A stretch of DNA of 64,000 nt from an uncultured Nitrospirota bacterium. Its GTDB lineage: Bacteria; Nitrospirota; Nitrospiria; 2-01-FULL-66-17. This document shows positions 58,171 to 64,000 of this stretch, one piece after another (within the stretch, counting starts at the first letter, position 1; every line of letters begins with the position of its first letter). The notes under the pieces are model-generated. The model was given only the letters and a program-made list of their open reading frames with translations, made no database searches and had not been told where the DNA came from. The DNA lies in the NCBI GenBank assembly GCA_964570625.1, contig CAZMYW010000019.1, forward strand, positions 11,842 through 75,841. The letters are read 5' to 3'. A program made the translations under genes and the position numbers.

Positions 58171-59589
58171 TCACTTCGGCGGAGTGTAAGGATCAGGCGT
58201 GCCCATCGGAATGAGCGGATACTTTTTCACGCTCTGCTCGAACGCGCCCACGATTTTCAGAACCGGACCAACCACCCACGAATCCGCCGTTGGCTTCTCT
58301 TCGCGCGGATCGGTGTAGAGGTTGTAAATGGTCGGCGTAGGGTTCTTGACCGGCGGATCGAACATGGTGTCCTGGCGCATGAAATGCAATTTCCAGTTAC
58401 GCCACTTCACTGCTTGCAAACGTTCTGCTCCCCAGACTGGGAAACCTTCCCGCGCCGACTTTTCGGTCTTGCCGAGGAAAAAGGCAGACTGATCAATGCT
58501 GTCGAACGGCCGATCCATGGGTACTTTGGCACCGCTGAATCTGGCGAGTGTCGCAAATAAATCCACGCCATGCACAATCTCGTTGCTTACGCGTTCGGCG
58601 GCGATCTTACCGGGCCAGCGAATCAGGAAGGGCACGCGAATGCCGCCCTCGAGTGCGGTGAAATACGCGCCACGCCAAGGGCCGGCCCAACCGTCCCAAG
58701 GCTTGAGGAATTAGGCCCCATTGTCGCTGGTGAAGATGAAGATCGTGTTGTCGCGCACGTTCGCCTTGTCTACCGCGTCGAGAATCTGGCCGACGTTGGC
58801 ATCCATTTCGGCAAGCATGTCCGCCCAGTCCCCGTTGCCGGTCTTGCCGGCGAAGGCAGGATTCGGCAGTGTGGGCAAGTGCGGCTGAGTAAGCGCCACA
58901 TAGGCGAAGAACGGCTTGCCGGACTTGGCCCCCCGCTCGATGAACGCGACCGAGCGCCGGGTGATTTCCGCATCAATGAGTCGCCGCTGCACCACATCGT
59001 AAATTCCCAACTCGCGGCTCTTCTCGCTCTTCTTGCCTTCCATCATGTGTTCCGCCGGCATAATGTCGGAGGACCATCCGGGCGAAGTTGGCCAGAGCGA
59101 TTCATCCGTCGTGCGCGGGATGCCGAACCACTCGTCGAAACCCTGGTCGTTGGGCAACCGTCCGTCGTGACTGCCGAGATGCCACTTACCGTAGTAGCCG
59201 GTCGCGTAGCCCGCGTCCGACAGCGCCTCGCCGATGGTCACTTCCCACTGCGTGAGGCCGTCGGCCACACCGCCAAACGGCACGGAATGGGTGCCCGAGC
59301 GGATCGCCCACCGGCCGGTCATCAGGCTGGAACGGCTCGGCGTGCACTGCGTCTCCATGTTCATGTTCAGCAGGCGTAGGCCCTCTTTGGCGAGACTGTC
59401 AATGCGCGGGGTGGCTGCGCCGCGTGTGAGTCCCCCGCCGTAACTGCCGATTTCGCCGTATCCAAGATTGTCGGTCAGGATGAAGACGATGTTGGGTTTG
59501 TCCGCTGCGTGGGCAGCGGTCGAGGTGATGAACGCCAGCACGCCAACGAGCGCGGCGGCGATGAGGCTTTGGTCGTTTTTGGTTTTCAT
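58171..59589 (-). pseudogene. arylsulfatase gene interrupted by a single in-frame TAA (plus-strand TTA at 58711..58713)
   Basis: The N-terminal ORF 58711..59589 carries the CTPSRSSLMTGR formylglycine motif. The C-terminal ORF 58171..58635 is in the same frame. The frame reads ..FTSDNGA*FLKPWDGW.. whereas the intact paralog reads ..FTSDNGGEFVKPWDGW... Confidence 0.7.
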
Positions 59590-59677
59590 GGTTGTGTCCT
59601 TATCAGTGATTGATTGGTTTGTTCACTTCACCTTTTCGATGTCCGGTGGCGGCCAGCGCGTTGTCGCACCACGGCGT

Positions 59678-60919
59678 TCATAGCTGTGACCACGGCAGGG
59701 CAGTCACCCGGTCGGTGAGCGCCAGCGGGGCAGAGCAGCGGCAAATGACGTAGCCGTGCCGGGCACGTTTCGGGTGTTCGTCCAGAAACGTCAGCAGATG
59801 TCGCGCGTCGCCGGACGTAGGGTGCTCGGTCCATTTCACTTCGATGGGAATGAGCCGGCCGGCGCGGGCAATGATGAAATCCACTTCCGCGCCCGCCTTG
59901 GTGCGCAGGTAATGCAGTTTGCCGCCGCCCAGATATTGCAGACGTTTCCACAACTCAATGCCCACCCATTGCTCAAACACGGGTCCGGGATTCGCTCGGA
60001 TCGCGGCGGCTTCCAACGGCAAATCGGCAGCGGCATTGCGAACGCCGACGTCGAAAAAGCAAAACCGCTCCGTGGACAGCAGGCTCTTGCGCGGACTCCC
60101 AGAAAATGCCGTCACCCGAAACCCGAGGAACATGTCTTCGAGCAACTGATAGTAGGTCTTCACCGTCGGCAGGCTGACCCCGGCCTCGCGGGAAATCCCG
60201 GCGTAGTTGATCATCCGGCCGGACTCGGCGGCGGCCAGTTGCAGGAACCGGGAGAAGGCCGGCCAGTTTTTCACCAGCGCCTCGCGCCGCAGCTCCTCCT
60301 CCAGATACACCACCGTGTAGGCGCGCAAGAGATCGGCGCGATGAGCATGAGTGGCGGTCGCCACGCCGGGCAGCTCGCCAAATGTGAGCCGCTCGAACAA
60401 GTCGGCGGCGGCGAACCGACGCTCATCCACCGCCCCGCGCGCGGGCATCGGCAACGGCGACTCGGCCCGCATCTTCCCGGCGCCGGCCGGCGGGCGCTCC
60501 GCCAGCAGCAGCGGATACAAATGATGCAGGAAACTGCGCCCCGGCAGCAGGTTCGCGCCCGTCACGCGTAGCTTGCGGGCGGAACTGCCACACAACACAA
60601 AACGCCACCGACGCTTGTCGGAATCGTAGAGATGCTGCACCGCGTCGAAGATCGCCGGCACGTTTTGCGCCTCGTCCACCACGACCGTCGCGGGGCGTCG
60701 CGATTTCGGCAGCGCCCGGCACCGCTGGACGAGCAGATCGGGGTTGCGCAGGTATTCGGCGCGTTCGGCGGGCCGGGAGAAATCCAGCCAGACCGGCGGC
60801 TCCGGCAGCAGTTTGTGCAGCAACGTGGACTTGCCGGTCTGGCGCGCACCGAACACGAGATGCACGTATGGCGCGGCAAGTTTCTTCTTCCACAGCGGTT
60901 CGACCCAGCGACCAAACAT
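59678..60919 (-). CDS. AAA+ ATPase with DUF4143 domain, copy 3 (divergent subfamily)
   Basis: It has a Walker A GARQTGKST, Walker B VVVDEAQ and ..DFIIARAGRLIPIEVKWTE (D..E-x-K). Confidence 0.7.
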   Translation of the reverse strand: MFGRWVEPLWKKKLAAPYVHLVFGARQTGKSTLLHKLLPEPPVWLDFSRPAERAEYLRNPDLLVQRCRALPKSRRPATVVVDEAQNVPAIFDAVQHLYDSDKRRWRFVLCGSSARKLRVTGANLLPGRSFLHHLYPLLLAERPPAGAGKMRAESPLPMPARGAVDERRFAAADLFERLTFGELPGVATATHAHRADLLRAYTVVYLEEELRREALVKNWPAFSRFLQLAAAESGRMINYAGISREAGVSLPTVKTYYQLLEDMFLGFRVTAFSGSPRKSLLSTERFCFFDVGVRNAAADLPLEAAAIRANPGPVFEQWVGIELWKRLQYLGGGKLHYLRTKAGAEVDFIIARAGRLIPIEVKWTEHPTSGDARHLLTFLDEHPKRARHGYVICRCSAPLALTDRVTALPWSQL

Positions 60920-60980
60920 ATTGCCTGCTTTATAAACGCCCGACTATTCTAATGTCAACAATCTGATCGGTCCGCTCGCT

Positions 60981-61052
60981 TTAGACGACAAGGAGCGCCA
61001 ACGCGCCAACGAGCGCGGCGGCGAGGAGGGTTGGTCTGACCGTGGCTTTCAT
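60981..61052 (-). other. orphan copy of the shared RBS+signal-peptide module encoding only MKATVRPTLLAAALVGALALLVV*
   Basis: ggaggaaacagacATGAAAGCCACG..CTCCTCGCCGCCGCGCTCGTTGGCGCGTTGGCG is followed by a stop. It lies between ATPase 3 and the 61079 gene. Confidence 0.5.
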
Positions 61053-61078
61053 GTCTGTTTCCTCCGCTTCAGACTGAT

Positions 61079-61894
61079 TCACTTCGGGAACAGAAACGTG
61101 ACGCCGGCGCGAAGGCCGAGACCCTCCGGCCCGTTGTCCGGCGACTCGACCCAGTACCGCGCGCCCGCAAAAACCTGGAGGATCTGCGGGCCGACTTTCA
61201 GCAACTGCGACACCGTCGCATTCACCGGCACCGACCATTGGTCGTTCTCCCAGTCGTAGGTGGACTCCGTGTTGAGACCGAGAGTGGTTTTGGTCTTCGT
61301 GATGTAGGAGATAAACGGCTGTACGAAACTCAGGCTGATGTCTGCGCGGTCATCCTGGCCCGTGAGCGACCAGATCTGATTGGCCAACAGGCCGTAGGTC
61401 CAGCCGTTCTTCTGTTGCAGCGCCAGCACCGTCGGCCCCGCGCCCCACTTGCCGCCGCCGAGCACGTCGTCGGACGCCGTGGGATAGAGTCCCACCGGGC
61501 CGACCGCCAGAATCCACCCGCCGACCGGTTGCTTGGGAGAGAAGAAGAAACTCTGCACGATGTCGCCCAGGCCCGACTCACTGGAGCCCGGGGGCACGTT
61601 ATCGGCGTTCACCAACGGCACAATCGTCCGCGTGATGAGGTTCCAATCCTCGTTCAGCGAAAACGGCCAGACCGGCTGGACATTCAGCACGGACTTGGAT
61701 CCTTCATCGTTCGGGCCGATGTTCTCGTCGTAGTTGTACTGTAACGGCACGCTGATGAGCGCCGCCACCGGGTTCGCCAGTTTCTTCGCCAGCTCCGCCG
61801 CCTCGTCCCCCTCCTGCGCCTCTGCACCGGCGGCGACGGCCAGCACGCCAACGAGCGCGGCGGCGATGAGGTATTTTATGCGTTTGGTTTTCAT
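61079..61894 (-). CDS. exported/outer-membrane protein, hypothetical
   Basis: It has the shared module [26 protein letters not shown] and a C-terminal ..GVTFLFPK. The track ORF is extended to 62059. Confidence 0.5.
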   Translation of the reverse strand: MKTKRIKYLIAAALVGVLAVAAGAEAQEGDEAAELAKKLANPVAALISVPLQYNYDENIGPNDEGSKSVLNVQPVWPFSLNEDWNLITRTIVPLVNADNVPPGSSESGLGDIVQSFFFSPKQPVGGWILAVGPVGLYPTASDDVLGGGKWGAGPTVLALQQKNGWTYGLLANQIWSLTGQDDRADISLSFVQPFISYITKTKTTLGLNTESTYDWENDQWSVPVNATVSQLLKVGPQILQVFAGARYWVESPDNGPEGLGLRAGVTFLFPK

Positions 61895-61922
61895 GGTTGT
61901 GACTTCTCCTTGGTCGATTGTT

Positions 61923-62444
61923 TCAAAATGCAGCGACGCGTTGGATGACCCAGAACATGGCGACACTGCCGATGGCATACGGAGGAATGCGCCAGGCCCA
62001 CGCCGGCTGGAAGAAGTCGGTGAACATCCCGATGACGTTCGGCGGGGCATACACGACAAGTGGCCCGGTTTCCTTGAGGTCGAGGTAACTCATCGAGTAA
62101 ATCACGTCGCAGTTCGGCGTGGGTACCCAGGTCTTGGCGTTCATCCGGTCTTTCCAGATCGGCAGCACGTTGTAGCCTTTGCCGAACTTCGCCTCCGAGC
62201 CGTCGCGCATGCCGATGGTATTCAAGATGGGCAGCGTCTGCATGTAAGCCTCTATGCCCCGCTGCTGGAGGCGCTCTTGATTCAACTGCTCGACGGCCGC
62301 CCGATCCGGCCAGGTGCCGTTATACATTTGCTTCACGAGCGGTGGCATGTCGCCTTGCGCCTGCACAACGGTGGTTGTGAAAGCCAGTGCGCTGACGAGC
62401 GCGGTGACGAGGAGAGTTTTTGTTTTCATTTTTGTGATTTTCAT
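61923..62444 (-). CDS. DUF1254-like secreted protein (short; possibly truncated)
   Basis: It has a signal MKITKMKTKTLLVTALVSALAF and YNVLPIWKD..KTWVPTPNCDVIYSMSYLDLKETGPLVVYAPP. Confidence 0.4.
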   Translation of the reverse strand: MKITKMKTKTLLVTALVSALAFTTTVVQAQGDMPPLVKQMYNGTWPDRAAVEQLNQERLQQRGIEAYMQTLPILNTIGMRDGSEAKFGKGYNVLPIWKDRMNAKTWVPTPNCDVIYSMSYLDLKETGPLVVYAPPNVIGMFTDFFQPAWAWRIPPYAIGSVAMFWVIQRVAAF

Positions 62445-62504
62445 TGTTGTCTCCTGTCTTTGGTTGATTGGTTTGGTCATTTCACTTTCACTCGGTTTGC
62501 ACAT

Positions 62505-63929
62505 TCACTTCGGCGGCGTGTAAGGGTCCGGCGTGCCCATCGGGATGAGCGGATTGTCTTTCATGGTCGCATTGAACGCGCCCACTATTTTCAACATCGG
62601 AGTCACCACCCAAGTATCCACGGTCGGCTTCTCCTCGCGCGGGTCGGTGTAGAGGTTGATGATGAAGGGAATCCCAAGCTTCACCGGCGGATCGTACATC
62701 GTGTCCTGCCGGTAGAAGTGCAACTTCCAGTTGCGCCACTTCACGGCGGTCAGGCGGTCCGCGCACCAGATGGGGAAACCCTCGCGGGCCGACTTCTCGG
62801 ATTTGCCAAGCAGGAAATCGGACTGATCCACGCTGTCCATGGGCCGATCGTTGGGCACCTTGGCGCCGCCAATCCTCGCGAGTGTCGCGAACATGTCCAC
62901 GCCATACACGATCTCGTTGCTGACGCGCCCGGCGGGCACCTTCCCCGGCCAGCGGATCATGAACGGCACGCGAATCCCGCCTTCCAGCGCGGTGAAATAC
63001 TGGCCCCGCCACGGACCCGACCAGCCGTCCCACGGCTTGACGAATTCCCCGCCGTTATCGCTGGTGAAAACCACGATGGTATTGTCGGCGATGCTGAGTT
63101 TGTCCACGGCATCAAGCATCTGCCCGACGTTGCTGTCCATCTCGGCCAGCATGTCCGCCCAATCGCCGTTGCCCGTCTTGCCTTTGAAAGCCGGGTTCGG
63201 TTCGGTGGGCAGATGCGGCTGGGTCAGGGATGCATACATGAAGAACGGCTTGCCCGCCTTGGCCTGCCGCTCCATGAACGCCACCGAGCGCTTGGTGATT
63301 TCGGCATCGATGAGCCGGCGCTGAACGATGTCGTAGTCCTTCAAGGCAACACTCTTCCCGCCTTTTTTGCCCTCCATGATCTTTTCCAGCGGCACAATGT
63401 CCGGCGAGTAGCCAACCGAGGATGACCACAACGCCTCATCCGTCGTGCGCGGGATGCCGTACCACTCGTCGAAACCCTGATCGTTCGGCAGACGGCCATC
63501 GTGGCTGCCAAGATGCCACTTGCCGTGCAACGCCGTGGCGTAACCGGCCGCAGAAAGTGCCTCAGCCACCGTAACTTCCCATTGGGTCAAGCCTTCGGGC
63601 ACGCCACCAAATGGAACCGCATAGGTGCCGGAGCGGATGGCAAAGCGGCCGGTCATGAGACTGGAGCGGCTCGGCGTGCATTGCGTCTCCATGTTCATGT
63701 TCGTGAGGCGCAGTCCTTCACTGGCGAGCTTGTCGATGCGCGGCGTAGGCGCTCCCCGCGTGGCTCCGCCGCCGTAGACGCCCAATTCGCCATAGCCCAG
63801 GTTATCCGCCAGGATGAAGAGGATGTTGGGTTGCTTGTCCGCTGCTTGGGCCGGAGCGAGGATGCCGAATACTGCCAGCGCGCAAACGAGCGCGGCGGCG
63901 ATAAAAATTCGGGTATGGAGGGTTTTCAT
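62505..63929 (-). CDS. arylsulfatase (formylglycine-dependent), intact paralog
   Basis: 474 aa with CTPSRSSLMTGR, GKWHLG and the shared signal module MKTLHTRIFIAAALVCALA. Confidence 0.85.
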   Translation of the reverse strand: MKTLHTRIFIAAALVCALAVFGILAPAQAADKQPNILFILADNLGYGELGVYGGGATRGAPTPRIDKLASEGLRLTNMNMETQCTPSRSSLMTGRFAIRSGTYAVPFGGVPEGLTQWEVTVAEALSAAGYATALHGKWHLGSHDGRLPNDQGFDEWYGIPRTTDEALWSSSVGYSPDIVPLEKIMEGKKGGKSVALKDYDIVQRRLIDAEITKRSVAFMERQAKAGKPFFMYASLTQPHLPTEPNPAFKGKTGNGDWADMLAEMDSNVGQMLDAVDKLSIADNTIVVFTSDNGGEFVKPWDGWSGPWRGQYFTALEGGIRVPFMIRWPGKVPAGRVSNEIVYGVDMFATLARIGGAKVPNDRPMDSVDQSDFLLGKSEKSAREGFPIWCADRLTAVKWRNWKLHFYRQDTMYDPPVKLGIPFIINLYTDPREEKPTVDTWVVTPMLKIVGAFNATMKDNPLIPMGTPDPYTPPK

Positions 63930-64000
63930 CGTCGGACTCCTCAGTTAATTTCAAAAATCATCAGACCGCACCCGCCGATGCGACACCCCGCGGAAGGCTT

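Noticed and set aside
58711-58713. In-frame TAA in sulfatase as programmed recoding
   Set aside because: TAA is not a known recoding codon in bacteria. Pseudogene or base-call error is more parsimonious.
61734-63425. 563-aa plus-strand ORF
   Set aside because: It is a shadow ORF opposite the sulfatase and DUF1254-like genes.

Overview
This 64-kb window comes from a high-GC (roughly 60-65%) diderm bacterium. Many predicted outer-membrane proteins end in a C-terminal Phe, as Gram-negative beta-barrels do. Genes are densely packed on both strands. Positions 1-8.5 kb are core housekeeping: a 3'-truncated fabH, then fabD-fabG-acpP-fabF-rnc on the plus strand; a convergent SDR-queD-queC operon; and divergent purM-purN. 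A tRNA-Ala(CGC) sits at 9617-9692. Next to it is a MerR-family regulator with a C-terminal B12-binding domain (CarH/LitR-like), divergent from a five-gene plus-strand operon: two secreted FGE-sulfatase-domain proteins, a small secreted protein, a Blc lipocalin and a DUF523/DUF1722 fusion. Positions 15-48 kb are envelope-centred. They hold a Phd/ParE TA pair, a frameshifted YciI-like gene, glutaminase, an amidohydrolase, a large AsmA-family protein, a GH63-like glycosidase, MscS, a K+ channel, a CAX Ca2+/H+ exchanger, a DUF3302-HlyD-OMF efflux trio, many beta-barrel OMPs and lipoproteins, a patatin-like phospholipase, a 729-aa secreted Tyr/Trp/Gly-rich repeat protein, aqpZ and a GlsB/YmgE membrane protein. 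The last ~16 kb (47.9-64 kb) is the most unusual part. It is a mosaic of paralogous secreted or lipoprotein genes: a HAD hydrolase, two arylsulfatases, lipoproteins, an OM protein and a DUF1254-like protein. All share one nucleotide-conserved 5' module (RBS-ATG-'[14 protein letters not shown]' signal peptide), present in at least 10 copies. Three AAA+ ATPase genes with a DUF4143 (PD-(D/E)xK-like, E-x-K) C-terminus are interspersed, and one is clearly low-GC. Each ATPase sits beside a decayed paralog of an intact gene a few kb away: a HAD fragment, a chimeric signal-peptide plus 3'-end fragment, and a sulfatase with a single in-frame TAA. The same area holds an orphan signal-peptide mini-ORF, a 7-bp-periodic ~150-bp palindromic hairpin and a duplicated small membrane-protein gene. 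No rRNA, CRISPR array or classical transposase was seen.
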